64,000 nt of DNA from Epithemia pelagica (Eukaryota > Protista > Bacillariophyta), in assembly GCA_946965045.2 (NCBI GenBank), contig OX337234.1, forward strand, positions 2,604,001-2,668,000. Reading direction: 5' to 3'. Positions 12,473 through 24,941 of the stretch are shown here, piece by piece. The position numbers and the translations under genes are program-made. The number at the start of each line of letters is the position of its first letter. Position 1 is the stretch's first letter. The notes under the pieces were generated by a model that was not told the DNA's origin, did no database searches, and saw nothing but the letters and a program-made list of their open reading frames with translations.

Positions 12473-15400
12473 ATGTCTCCTCTTCACCCTACCAATCTCC
12501 AAAACTCTAAAGACTTTATTTTCTTGTCCCCTGAAGAAAAATCCAAGGAAATCCAGAAGGAATTTTTGGCCAATCTTCTTTCCTTGAATTTTGGGCCAAA
12601 TAATTCCTCTCCCGACGCTACCGTAGTTACTTCCCCTGCCAAGTATACCCTGGCTGCGGACTCACCCACTATTGCCGGCTTCCTAGCCGTTGTCCAGCTT
12701 GACTCGGCTCCCACCACCGATCCCAGCAAGCTTTCCTCCAAAATCCCACCCCCGTCCGGCCCTTACCTGGTTGTCCTCGGGCCCACGGCGTTTGCCTTCA
12801 ATGGAAAAGGCTTGCAAGCACATGTATTTCCCGATACCCCCCAGAAAATCAGCTCCTCGCAGTTTCGTTTTCCTACAACGTTAATTGCCCCCGCGTTCGC
12901 TTTCCAATCGGGCATCCGTCCCCAATCCATTTCACAACTTAACCCCTACTCGTGGATTACTTCCCACCCCAGTTCCATACTGGCCTCCCTCCGTGCTCAC
13001 CGAGCCCTATTTTCCACTGTTATCCTTGAACAGTCTACGTCACGCCTCCACTCGCCTGACGACCCGTGGCATTCTCTTTGGATCCCCTCCCAAGACTCCC
13101 CTCCACATGCCCATCAAATTTTCTCGCGCCTCCATCGCGTCGACGAACCCATTCTCACAATTCCCGTTGAGAACACTTCTCCTATCGAGGGCTCCTGGAT
13201 TGCTCTTTCCGCCCTTCCCCTTCCTCGTCATCATCATCTTCCTATTGGTCTCCTTTTCGATCCTGCCTCCATTCCTGACTCCGCCAGTTTAATTAACGCT
13301 ATTCTTGGTTGGAATCAAACCTACAACCCGATGCCAGCCACTCGTTCTTCCCATCTCAAAGACTTGGCAACAACTCTCTCTTGGCTTGACGTCCCTTTTG
13401 TCAACGATTGGCTCCTCACCGTGAGTCAACGCGCTGACGACTTTGCTACTGTTTGGCACACTTCCAAGCAGATAGCATCCGACCTCACCACCCTCAAGAA
13501 CGTCCCCATCTCTACCAACCTTCCCCGTTCTTATCCGGCTCGTATCCACCCTTATGAAGCCCTGTTTGTGCATCCTTTCTTCTCCCTTACAACCAAGCTT
13601 TTCTCAGATGCACTCCTCCAAAACAATCCGTCGCATACCATGCGAACCAAATTCTTCACTTTCTTTCGGGAGAAAGCAAACATGCTATCCTCCCAAGACG
13701 TCGACCTGTTCCTCCCTCAAAACATCCCTCACGTGGACAACACCCACACATACGTTCCTTTCCTCTTTCGCCCTCAAACACAGTCGTGGTCCACCTCCTA
13801 CGGTTTCAAATCCTTTTCTTCCTTTGATGTCCAAAAATACCTTCCGGATTTTTTGAATCACCTCCCAAACGATCATCTTGCTCAACGCGTCATATCCACC
13901 CCACACGATCGGTCACCATCTTCGTCCCTCAACCCACCCCAACCCAACACGGTTACCCGTTTGAATGTCAATTCCCCGGACAAACCCTCGCAAAAAAAAC
14001 CTCCTTCCTCTCCCCAGACACCGGAAGTTCGACCATTCCCTCTGGAACCTCCCGCAGAAAGCCTCTCTCGTCGTCCTACAGCCTTTCACCCTCCAACGGC
14101 TCGCATTCCCTCACCAGCAGCCCTGGACCCCTCGCCAGGGTTTCCTGCCCCAGTCCCTGTCTCTCGTGCTCCTCTGCAACCCCAGCAGATGGAACCACAA
14201 CAGCGTGCTCCTCCACCCCCTCAGCAGCTGGAACCACAGCAGCCGCCACCTCAACCCCATCAGAATCGTCTCCTCGTCGGTCCGGACCCACCGCCCTTTC
14301 CCACTCAAACCCCCATTCAGCAACTTCCGCCTCGTCCTCCCTCGCGACAGGAGCATTTCCTCCCCCCCCCTTCCTCCCCCCCCCCCCCCCGCCTCCAGCG
14401 GTCTCCTTCCACCTCTACAGCCAATGCCTACTCCAACGCCTCTCCTCATGCACCCCACAACCCACCACGTCGACCCACTCATTATCACCCAGCCTCTCCA
14501 GCCATGGAGTCCTACCACTCCCAATCCTTCAACCCCTTGGTGCACCAACGTCAGGCCTGGGACGCACCCCTGGTTTCCACCACTACCTCACCCTGGTATC
14601 TCCCGGTTGACAACCCAACTTGGTTTACGAGCACACGGCTCAAATATGTGCATTCCACCTTGGCTTCCTCCGCGTATCTTCCCCTCATCCGACGCACCAT
14701 GGAAGAGCGCGGTCAATTTACTTTTGACCGCTTTATTTTCCAGGAAACAGACCAACTCCCACCTCATGTAGTCCAATGGGCCTTCCTGGGCATCGTTGCT
14801 CTACCTACTGATCTACGTTTGGTTGACCCCAACTTGCCCACAACCACGAGACGTCCCTCCTATTCCCACGACCTTCTCCATACCCCCAGCCATCTCAACA
14901 ACGATTGGCTGCGCCAAGTTCTGCCCTACGCAGGCGCTGATCATTGCAGCTCTGCTGCCGAGGTAGCGGCCATTGACCTCCTCGCCGCCGCCATTGAAGC
15001 TTCCAAATACCCGGTGGCTCCGTTCCGCGTCGATTTTTCTCAGTCTTTCCTTCACGCAGAAGCCCCGCGTAAAGCACTGAGAACATTCCGAATCAACGCA
15101 GGTCAGACTCTTCATCTCGACGACCCTAAGTCATTATATCTATCCCTCACTCCTTGGCACTTCCTCTGGTCCATCCCCTTGTCCCCAGAGGGTCGCCTCC
15201 CGCAACAAGGTCTCTCCTGCACCCAGTTTAAGCTGTTCTTCCATCATATTGTGTTTTTCTTAAACACGGTACTCACCAACGACGACTCCTTCCCCCAATT
15301 CCCTCCAGGTTTTAGCCCCTTTCTTCTCCGCCGTCCCCTTGCCGGTCAATTGCTTTGGGCAGCTCATCAGTTTGATCAAGCTCAAACTCGAGATGCATGG

Positions 15401-16224
15401 TCGACATTGGCTTCCTCGCAACCCAGTCACACGCTACAACTGTCTCAGGCCCTTCTCCATCACACCTGTGACCTGTTTCAACAATTCCTCCGCTGGGGCG
15501 CCCAGAATCGTACCAAAATAGCTTGCCCCGCCACCGCAGACCCTGAAGGCTTTGTTCCCCAGTGCACTCTCATCTACGATGTGAGCCCGCACTCAACCGA
15601 CTCAAATCTCACCTACTGTTTGGATTGGAGATCCACCTTTACCCTATTATTTACGGCTCCTACAATACTCTCCCACCAACACACCAACTCCATGTCACCC
15701 TTATTTTGCCGCTCCACCCCCAACTATCTCCTACCATCTCGTCCTGATCACCGGGGTGACTCTCGTTCTCCTCTTGAACGCTACGATCGTGCCCAACGGC
15801 GTCGCTCTCCCTCGGACCGTCCTCCTGACCGTGCTGCCGACCAACCACCGCCCAAGCGTGCTCGTTCTGACTCCGCTCAACCCCAGCGTCGCCCTGGCCA
15901 AAAAGCTCTCGTCCCGCTTGTCACCCTCACTGCGGCAGGGAAGGAACGTTATACCCACTCAGGTAAGCTCCTCGCCGACCTCGCGTCTTCCCTCACCATT
16001 CCCCGTTTCGACCAAAAGCAATATTGCTTTATGTACATCGACAAGAACTCTGTTGTCGGGTGCACCGGTCCCCATCGTTCACGCACAAACTCGGAAGGCC
16101 AACCGTTGCAATGCAATCCACACCACGTCTGCCTTTCTCCCCAGGCTATCTCCAACTGGCCCCAATGGCTTCAGACCGTCCGAACCGTCCAAACGCCCCT
16201 CAACAACCCCCGCCCTCGTCGTGA
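12473..16224 (+). pseudogene. ORF1 (gag-like) of copy 1; 85-bp deletion causes a frameshift near 16158
   Basis: Homologous to 34727-38554; bases equivalent to 38411-38495 are missing. Confidence 0.8.
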
Positions 16225-16281
16225 CTACCGGCACATCATTGCCCAGGTTCGACTTGCGCCCGTTCGCCGTGGTCTGATGAA

Positions 16282-19132
16282 ATGCCTCCCACTTCACCAG
16301 AGACATTTTATCCCACCTCTACGGCAGATCTTCTCCTCTCCCTTCCCGCTCCCACTACTGAGGCTGTCCCTACTGTCCCCAAGCTACCAGTATTTCCTTC
16401 TCACCCACGTGCTGCCCCCTCTCGGATCTCCTATGAGTTGCCAACGTTGCACACGGTGTTAACCACCGTCAACCCCTTTTTGACCGACGACGATCGCTCC
16501 CAACTCCTCCTTGCCTCTTCCTCCTTGGTGCCCAACTGGGGAATTCTTCCCCTGTTCCCTCTCTGGTCGTTCACACACCATCGCAAAAGAATTGGTTTCG
16601 GTCCCGACCGTCTCAACGTCGGCACATCCCATGCTGCTCCTGACGGCACTCCCCTTGCTGCAACCGCACCCCATGTTGTTTCCCTGAATTGCTCGGCCAC
16701 TACGCATGGGATTTTTTGTCCCCACAGGACCAACAAAACCTAGTCGCCTCCTCGCCAAGCTTCCACTTCTATCATCGTCTCCGCGTTGCCGCTGCTCATG
16801 GCACCTCTCTCGCTGTCTGTCGCATACCCCCATACGAAGACAAATCCCAACCCCTTCCATTCCATAAGGCTTTTCTGCTTGCCGTTGCCCTTTGTCGCGC
16901 AAACTTCGTCTATGCGGACATGTACCGCTGGCTTGGCGGAATCTACAATAATCATCACAGACGCCTGGCAGACACCTTCGACATCATCGACCGCGTCAAA
17001 GCTTTTGAGCCCCCACCGGACTATCCACGGTTGGACTATGCCCGCACTTGGCAACTTTTTCACCTGGGCGCCCCTCTCGCAGGCCACTATTCCTGTAGTC
17101 GCGTTGCCGTTTCCCAACGCAACCTCCTTGACAACTACCCCGGGGTCCGAGAAAACTTAGAGGAAATCACCAAAAAGTTCAAGAAAGAGGAACAGCTACA
17201 GTATCATCTTTTCCTTCCCCGCATTATCTGGCGGTTCCTCCCAGGTCTTTTCATTTCACTCATTAACTGGGTAGCGCCCAAACCCCACCGCATCGGCGAC
17301 ACCGGCCGCTTGTGCATCGATCCAAGCTCCAAAATCACAGACACTGATGACGGCAACACCAATGCCCAAATTCCTGATGCTGGACATGACGATGACTGTA
17401 ACCCCGCGGTGGCTTACGGCACGGCTTTCCTACGCTTTTTGCGGTACATCTACAATCTGCGTATTGACCATCCCTCGGAAGACATACTGCTCAGCGCCGA
17501 TGATATCAGTGCCGCCTTCCGTCGGGTCACATACAACCCCAACGCTGCCTTAGCATTTGCAAGCGTCCTCGGCTGGTTCCTAATCATACCCATTGGAATG
17601 ATTTTTGGCGCCAAAAACAGTCCTTCCTACTACATGCTACCGGGGGAGCTACGAGCCCATCTCTCTCGTTACCTTGCCGAGCTCACTTCCGCTCGTACTC
17701 TCTTGGCGGACACCATTGCTATCCCACCCCCTCCGTCCCCCCGCACCCTCAGAACCTTAACGACCGCCACTCCCGACGCTCTCAATCAAGGCACCTCCCA
17801 CTTGCTAGCATCCCAACCGTCCTCCTTTCCTCGTCCGGTGTATGCTCCGTTCGTTGACGACACCGGTGGAGCGGCCATCCGCTCGGAGATCCACCGGTTA
17901 GTCAATAGCAGTATTCTCGCTGCATACGTCACCTTCGGCTTCCCCGACGAAGACCCCCATCGACCCGACCCTATTAATCCAATAAAATTTGTGCGTGACA
18001 TCAGTCACAGCCTGAAATTCCTGGGGTATATCATCAACACTCGAACTATGACAATTTCCTGGCCGTCCCATAAACAGACACAACTACAGGTCTATCTTCA
18101 ACACGCCCTCGACCTTCCCACCACGCCCTCCGACGGGCGTCGGCTTTCACCGCAAATGGCGGCCACGATTCTGGGCCTCGTCCGTCACAGCGCCCCAGTC
18201 TCACTCTTGGGCATCTATTACACGTTGTCCCTACAGTATGCACTCAACGACCGCCTCCGTGCCACCGCAGCAGCAGGCAAATCCACCCGTGCCGCCTCCT
18301 TTTGGCACAAAACCCGGTTCACCCTCAACCGAGAAACCGTTATGGACCTCCGAACGCTCTTGGCCACCCTCCATTCTTCTCGGACCCACATTTGGACCCG
18401 TCCCATTGCTTTATGCATCCAGCGGGTTTCGCAATTTGAAATTTTGGGCGACGCCTACATTGAAGGGCTGGGAGGCTGGTTATCCACCCACTACCCCTTC
18501 ATGTGGAGACTGACCAAACCCGACTTACTTCGCCTGGGCTTCATCCTGCCAAAAGATATGCAGTCCACCAAATTATCCGATCCAACTCAAGACACGCCCG
18601 ATGCCCTGTGGCACATCAACTTGCTTGAATTCGTCGTCCTTCTCATAAACTTCTGGTTCCTGCAGCGCGTGGCTTCTCACGCCACCCCGCAACCCCAGAC
18701 CCTTGTCATCTCCATGCGCACCGACAACACGTCGGCGCTCTCGTGGCTCTCCCATGCCGCCCGTGCCAAGCGGCCCGCAACTCGTCGTCTTGCTCGTCTT
18801 TTTCAAGCCATGCTCACTTCTGCCCCTATTCCCGTTCAATTACAGGCCTCGCATATTGCGGGCGAGCTCAATCACAATGCCGACCTGTTGTCCCGCCCGT
18901 CCCTTGCCCCACTTGGGCCTCCGTTATCGAGCAGTCCAAGCCAGTGCTGGACCCATCCACCGCCTACCGCGTGCCCTCCAGGTTGCTATCAGTGATATTA
19001 ACGAGCTTCAAATTCAACAGGACCGAGGACGAACTAGGAACAAGAATGATCGAACTTTGGACTCTCGAGGCGCTCACTTTTCCCGATGGTCCGCTCGCAA
19101 TCACCTCACCCCCGAACTTTTATCTCGCCTGA
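16282..19132 (+). pseudogene. RT-RNase H ORF of copy 1; 1-nt deletions at ~16683 and ~18907
   Basis: DDISAAF, GMIFGAKNSP, FVDD, KFLG, HINLLEF, TDNTSA, ADLLSR; frameshifts relative to copy 2. Confidence 0.88.
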
Positions 19133-20153
19133 CCGATAACGAATGCATACACATCCTCCACCTTTACCTACATCACGTCACAAACGGCGAGAACTACTAC
19201 CGGAGGTCCGACCTGGCGGCAGATACCATTCAATCTTACGTAACTGCTGCCCATTCCGCACTTCAGGTTGCCCTCAACCGCCCTGTTAGCATCTCCAACC
19301 CAACCAACTCAACCCTGCTGCACCCACTGCTATCCGACCCATTACAATTTCATCGTCGCTGGCAACGTCCACGCGATCATAAGGAACCCATCACCGATGC
19401 CATCCTTAGCGTGCTCTATTGCCGTGCAGTCGGGGCCCCTCCTTCGTCACTTGACGCAACTCTCTTCGACTGGGTCCGGCTTGGCCTCTTCACCGGCTCC
19501 CGTGCCGTGAATTTGCCCAAACCTCTGGCTCAAAGTTTGTCTTCGCGGCCGTTCCCAATTGTCCCAATGATCCATCCTGGAACGATCGACCTATTGCCTT
19601 TGTCTCCAGTGACTTCGTCTTCTTGACTCAAGCGAACGACATGCTTCCACTTGCTTCCCTCCCCAAACACGAACACACCGTCTCGGCAGTCCAGATCCGC
19701 TTTCGGTATGACAAAAGCGCTCATAATTTCACGAAACGCATCTTCCGTCGTTCCGGCCACTCTTATCTCTGTCCCGTGCTCGCATCCTGTTCAATTGCCC
19801 GCCGCTCCCTCTCCCTCCAAGTCGGAGCCCACCTGCCCCTGGCCTCCTATCAGGTAAAACCGGGGAAAATAGCCTACCTTCGGTCGGCCGATATCATCAA
19901 AGCCCTCCGTCAAGCTTGCCTGGAGGCGTACCCAAACCCTCACAACTACCACCGGCGTCACGCCCACTTGCTCGTCGCCCATTCTACACGCGTCACAGCC
20001 GCTGTAGCGTTGTGGAACGTTCAAGTTCCCCTTCCCCAAATTGCCTTCCGACTCAGATGGCAAGAAGACTCGATCAAACACTACCTCCGTGACTGCTCGA
20101 AAGCAATTGGTCCTCATAGTCAAGCGGCCATTGCGGGCGTCCTAAATATTTAA
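18743..20153 (+). pseudogene. Tyrosine recombinase ORF of copy 1; 1-nt deletion at ~19506
   Basis: GLFTGSR, HSTRV and RWQEDSIKHYL split over two frames. Confidence 0.88.
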
Positions 20154-20221
20154 CTACCACTTTTCACATCAAATGTATCTCACTATTCTGTTATGGTATC
20201 ACTATTTTGTCCGCTCCAACA

Positions 20222-21818
20222 TTAAATCCTTGCTATGTTCTTGTCCGCTCGAGAATAACGCACGCCATTGTCGGTCTCCACGTGGATACGTTTGTCTGTT
20301 ACCTTCACCACCCGCCCAGTTGGGTCAGCGGGATCGTTTGGGTTTCGAATCCGGACCCGCTCCCCAACTTTGAAACGCTCCTCCGATCCACGGCTCGCCC
20401 GCCGACCCCGAAATCCACCTTGTGCTCGTGGACTCGTACGTCCACGGGGACTCGGTCCACCCACCCCTTTGCTTGCCACTCGCCAGCCCCATCTTCCTCC
20501 ACGGGCCGTCGACCCTTCCTCTCGGCCCCGTGGTGTGCCCTCTCGCATTCCATCTCTGCCCGTAGGGCCCACTCCATCGGGCTCCCACTCCCCCCTCCTC
20601 CTCCGTCGGCCACAGCCGCGTTCGCTGCCGCCACCACATTAATCGCCTGCTGCACTCTCCTCTCCGTCAATTCCTTCAATTCAAGCAATCGACTAGAGAT
20701 CTCCACTTGCCTCTCGGCCATCCGTCCCAACTCTCCCATAATCTCGGCCATTTGGGCCTGCCTATCCGCCATCTGATCCAGCTCTTCAATCAACTCGGCC
20801 ATCTCCTCCATCTTCATTCACTGTCTGATTCCAACTTCGACGCGCGTCCCGACGAATCGCCAGACAGGACAACCACTTCCGGTAAATGTTTCTTCCCCGA
20901 CAACAGCTCGTCCTCTGTCGCCGTATTTTCCCTCGTCGCCGTATTCTCCCTCGTAGGAGTTTCCTTAATCGATTTCTCCCTTGTGGGAGTTTCCTTGATC
21001 GACCCCTTGCCTTTCTCCTTGGGCGAAACACTCGCGCTCCTCTTCACAGGGGTACTGCTTTTGCGCTGCTTCTTGGGTAGGGTACTGAAACCCAGTTGGC
21101 CCAACCACTCTTCCAAAGAACGCTTCTCGCGCTTCGAAAACGCTTCACCAGTTCCTTTCCCTTCGGACCTCCTTTTACCCGCCTCGGGTTTCTTATCTTT
21201 TCGGTCGGCTGCTGCGGCAGCCGTCGCGGCTCTCCCTCCGGGAACTGGCACAGGCAATCCACGGCGGGCAGAGTTCTGTGCGAACAACTCACGAACAACG
21301 GCCACTTTTCGTTCCACAACCTCCTCTGCAGAAGGCCTCTCCCGTCCGCCAGCCAAGGCCAATCCACAAATCTGGTGGAAAACGACTTCTTGGTCTTCCG
21401 GGTGCGGAAACAACAGCTCTAGAGCCACCACGACCTTCTTGTTGCCTGGCGATGCTCTTCAAAACACCGTTTCCACGAAGTCTTCCCCGTCTCCTCCTTC
21501 CTCCGCAAAAGTTTCACACACACGGGTCACTAGTCGATCGATCTCCGCTTGATGGTCGCCCACCAACTCTCGCACGTTTTTCTGCGTCTGAATCACCGAC
21601 GCCTCTTTGGATGCAAGTATTCCGCCTTGCACGTCTTCCAAATGTTGACGCTCTTGGGCGTGCAACACGCGAGTCTTATCCAGCTCTGTTTGCGCGATAT
21701 CCACTCCTCCTAAAGCGCAGTGCAATTCTTTGCGTTGTGCCTCGACAACTGTTTTTAAACGATCCAGTTGTTCAGCCGTCGTTTCGCTTTCTTCTGTTCT
21801 CCAAGCTGCAGAACTCAT
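20222..21818 (-). pseudogene. Antisense accessory ORF pair of copy 1 (nonsense CGA>TGA at ~21459; 1-nt deletion at ~20590)
   Basis: Homologous to 43148-44152 and 42555-43151. Confidence 0.65.
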
Positions 21819-21935
21819 CTCACCTCTTCCGCAACCGTATCTTTGTGCCCATGTCCTACGCCCTCCAATTGTCCTATCGGCTACTCCCTCACACTCCGCA
21901 GTCAGCTGTGGTGGCTAGTCAAGGCAAAGACATGT

Positions 21936-22109
21936 GGTGCAGACGCTAGAGGGTTAGATCCCGATGATCTACTCCTCAGCGTTTCCGCTGTTGGCAGGCT
22001 CCCGATGACTCCTAGTCATCAGAAGCCACAACCAACCAGCGGAGTCTTTCCCTAAAGCTACCAAAGGACTGCAGCGTTAGCAAGCAATTCGCCGAGGGCA
22101 GGCGGATTG
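21936..22109 (+). repeat. Split direct repeat B (copy 1)
   Basis: 174 bp, matches 44270-44443 and 44600-44773. Confidence 0.93.
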
Positions 22110-22410
22110 GCGTTGTTGTCATCGGTTCTGGCGGGTGCTTCGACGTCTGGATTGCATCATTTCCTGCTCATTTCCGGAAGGACACAAATAGATTGATCCA
22201 AGAGATCGAGGCCGTACGATTCCGTTTCAAGACGTATCGACCACTGCGAACTTGTTGCTTGACTACCTAAACAAGTTGGAAGACTTTGTTCACCCAAAAG
22301 ATCGCCGAAATCAAGTGACTGAAAAACTCCAAGCCCTGTATCCCTTCGATTCTTTCGCGATTCATACCAAGAGGCTCTCCGTAAAGAGGAAGACACAAGC
22401 TTGATTCCCC

Positions 22411-24180
22411 GTGCATGCACATCAGCATCTCACTTGGAGAAGAGGTTACCAAAACAAAACGTTGCATTCAATTAACAAGTGGTTGAAGGGGACTCAGAGA
22501 CTAGTGGGCCAATTATTTCGCGACACAATGACCGCTGTACCGTCCCGTTTTTTCTCGATTGAAAACGCCCCAGGTTATCTCCACAACACCATCCTTTACG
22601 AGCGGAAGGCCGTGACGGATACATGGAAAAAATTGACATCTGTTGCCAGGCGGCAGTGGAAATGGATGAATGTGCAAACTAAGGGCGATAGGCAATGGAT
22701 ATGTACAGATAAACGAATTCTGCAGGTCCACGGCCCCCCTGGCACTGGAAAATCAAGCGCTGTGTTTTTCTGGGTCGAAAAGACTTGCGCCACAGCAAAC
22801 ACGCAAGCTCTCTGGCTGGAATGTGCGACAGTACAAGGGGAATGTTGGAAAGTAGAGAAGAACACTTTGAACGAAAGGATTGAAACGAAAAAACAGGCGG
22901 TTCCTCTTTCAGTGGAAGAAGTTGATCATGCCTCAATTGTTGTTTTCGACGGTATTCGAGTCGCTACACTTGAAACCTGGCGCGAGCTGATTAACCAGTT
23001 GGCGCGATCCGGTCTGTTTGTCATTGTCGTTTCTTCGGAAGGTCTTCGGTTCCATGCTGGCGATTCTCAAGATATCATGAAATTGTATCACTTTGTCCCA
23101 TCTTGGCTAGAGAACGAGTACTTGGAAGCTTGCAAAAATAATGATTTCTGGGCAAGTGTTCGGAATCTCATTGAAAATGTAAACGAAAATGATACGCAAG
23201 CCTGCCGCGAGGAAGCGATCCGGCAGAAATTTTCTATTGCAGGTCATTCTGCTCGGTTTATGTTTAGACGAACAGCTTCTGATGTTGAAGTTGAACTAGA
23301 AGGCAATGTGAGGGAAATGGGAAACATCACAACTCTGGACATGGCAGTGAGAAACGACCGAAGCTCTGGAGCTGTCAATTCATTGATTGCACGGCTACAC
23401 GAGGGCAAGAATGGACCCACACCAGCTCAAAACGCAACTTTCCCCTCTGAAGAAGAACGCAATGAGGTTGCCACAACAAAGGAGGACTTGTTGCAATGTC
23501 AAGAAGATTTGGATGAACGTGGTGGCTATCCTCGTTTGGTCAGCGACAAGGCCACCGATGAGATACTGAAGAAGATTCCCGGTCCAGCCAAGACTCTGCA
23601 ATCTATTGGCGTCGAGTTGCAAAACCAAGCAATTGTAGGGTACGCATTGGAAGAACATCTAAAGACGAAGCTCAAAGAAGCTCAGATTTCGAACGGAATG
23701 CTTGAGCTTTTCGAAGAGAATGGCGGGATGCTTCACCTGCCAGTTTCGAAAGTCTTTAAGATACGACCCAACGAAAATAGTACCCACGAATTTAATAATT
23801 TGTTGAGGAGCAAGGCGGCATATAAACCAAATACTTGGATATTCATTGGAGGACGCCAGGGCGCTTTTGATGCCATTCACCTTGTCGCGCATGACCGCAT
23901 TCGATTTGTGCAGGTCACTGCAGGGCAAAAGCATTCATTTAAGTTGAACCTTGTTGACTCTTTGATGAGAAGTCTCTCCACAGGGCAAGTCGACCCTGTG
24001 ACTTGGTCTCACATGGAATTCATGATTATCCGTCCCTTTGATGACACTCGTCTGTTCACTTTGGAAACGACCGTTGGGGGACTAAGTGGCAACTATCTAC
24101 ATTTTAACGACCAGAGATGGGATGCAAGAGACTACCGTTCCAATGTGACATATGCGCGGCTTCGCTGGGACTTTTTTTGA
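22411..24180 (+). CDS. Crinkler/RHS-type protein: P-loop NTPase + C-terminal restriction-endonuclease-fold domain; 5' end uncertain (first ATG 22528)
   Basis: Walker A VHGPPGTGKS, Walker B IVVFDG, AGHSARFMF; C-terminal WIFIGGRQGAFDAIHL...RFVQVTAGQKHSF. Confidence 0.7.
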   Translation: MHAHQHLTWRRGYQNKTLHSINKWLKGTQRLVGQLFRDTMTAVPSRFFSIENAPGYLHNTILYERKAVTDTWKKLTSVARRQWKWMNVQTKGDRQWICTDKRILQVHGPPGTGKSSAVFFWVEKTCATANTQALWLECATVQGECWKVEKNTLNERIETKKQAVPLSVEEVDHASIVVFDGIRVATLETWRELINQLARSGLFVIVVSSEGLRFHAGDSQDIMKLYHFVPSWLENEYLEACKNNDFWASVRNLIENVNENDTQACREEAIRQKFSIAGHSARFMFRRTASDVEVELEGNVREMGNITTLDMAVRNDRSSGAVNSLIARLHEGKNGPTPAQNATFPSEEERNEVATTKEDLLQCQEDLDERGGYPRLVSDKATDEILKKIPGPAKTLQSIGVELQNQAIVGYALEEHLKTKLKEAQISNGMLELFEENGGMLHLPVSKVFKIRPNENSTHEFNNLLRSKAAYKPNTWIFIGGRQGAFDAIHLVAHDRIRFVQVTAGQKHSFKLNLVDSLMRSLSTGQVDPVTWSHMEFMIIRPFDDTRLFTLETTVGGLSGNYLHFNDQRWDARDYRSNVTYARLRWDFF

Positions 24181-24941
24181 ATGATCCTGCGGATAAGTAG
24201 GCTGACTGATCACCATCTAATGTGTTTCTAATAGAGATGAGGTCAAAAGAAGCATATCGGACGAAGTGAAAGCATTTACCTCCATCACTCTCTAGGATTC
24301 TTCGTTGTCTTTCTTCCTCGGTCGGTTCACGGGCTTCTTCTCCTCCCAGATATCTATGATTGCTATAATGAAAATGAACCCCCAAGGCGGTAGAACTACT
24401 GAGTTCAGAGGTATGTCTTGATTTTGTAGGCCATGTGTATGCGCCTAAGCTTGCCACGATGCAGTGAAACGCATTCGAGTTGATATTTTCGTGGACCTTG
24501 GTAATCGGGGTGCGTCGCCGTGCAATTTCTGAGCTCCAGAGGTGCAGACCAGTACACCCGGAACTCTGCCATGAGCACCACCTGGTGGTACAGCCAATGC
24601 CAATTTTACACGATTGATTCCCGTGCCCATGGCGACAGAGATGTGTTTCTCAGCGCCACCACCGCCATCTGCGCGGTCAAGCAAAAGAAGACGAAGATCG
24701 CGGTGGCGGACGAGGAGGTGGATTCCGTGGTGGACGTGGGCGTGGTGGCGGACGAGGTTCTTATCATTCTCGAGGCAGAGGATTATACTAGAATGTAACT
24801 GCAAGGTACAAACATTGCCACCACTGATTAGCTCTGTAGACCTGAGCAAGAAAGGAAGTCGAAGATAAACCATGAAAATCGTGAAAAAAGAAGGAATTGG
24901 TGCGAGCATATTCTTATCGAAACAAACAGTTTTTATTGTTT

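Larger units (their letters stand above)
12135..22109 (+). mobile_element. Tyrosine-recombinase retrotransposon (Ngaro-like, split direct repeats), copy 1, decayed; structure A1-ORFs-B only
   Basis: Colinear with 34394-44443; A repeat 12135-12273, B repeat 21936-22109; no TSD. Confidence 0.93.
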
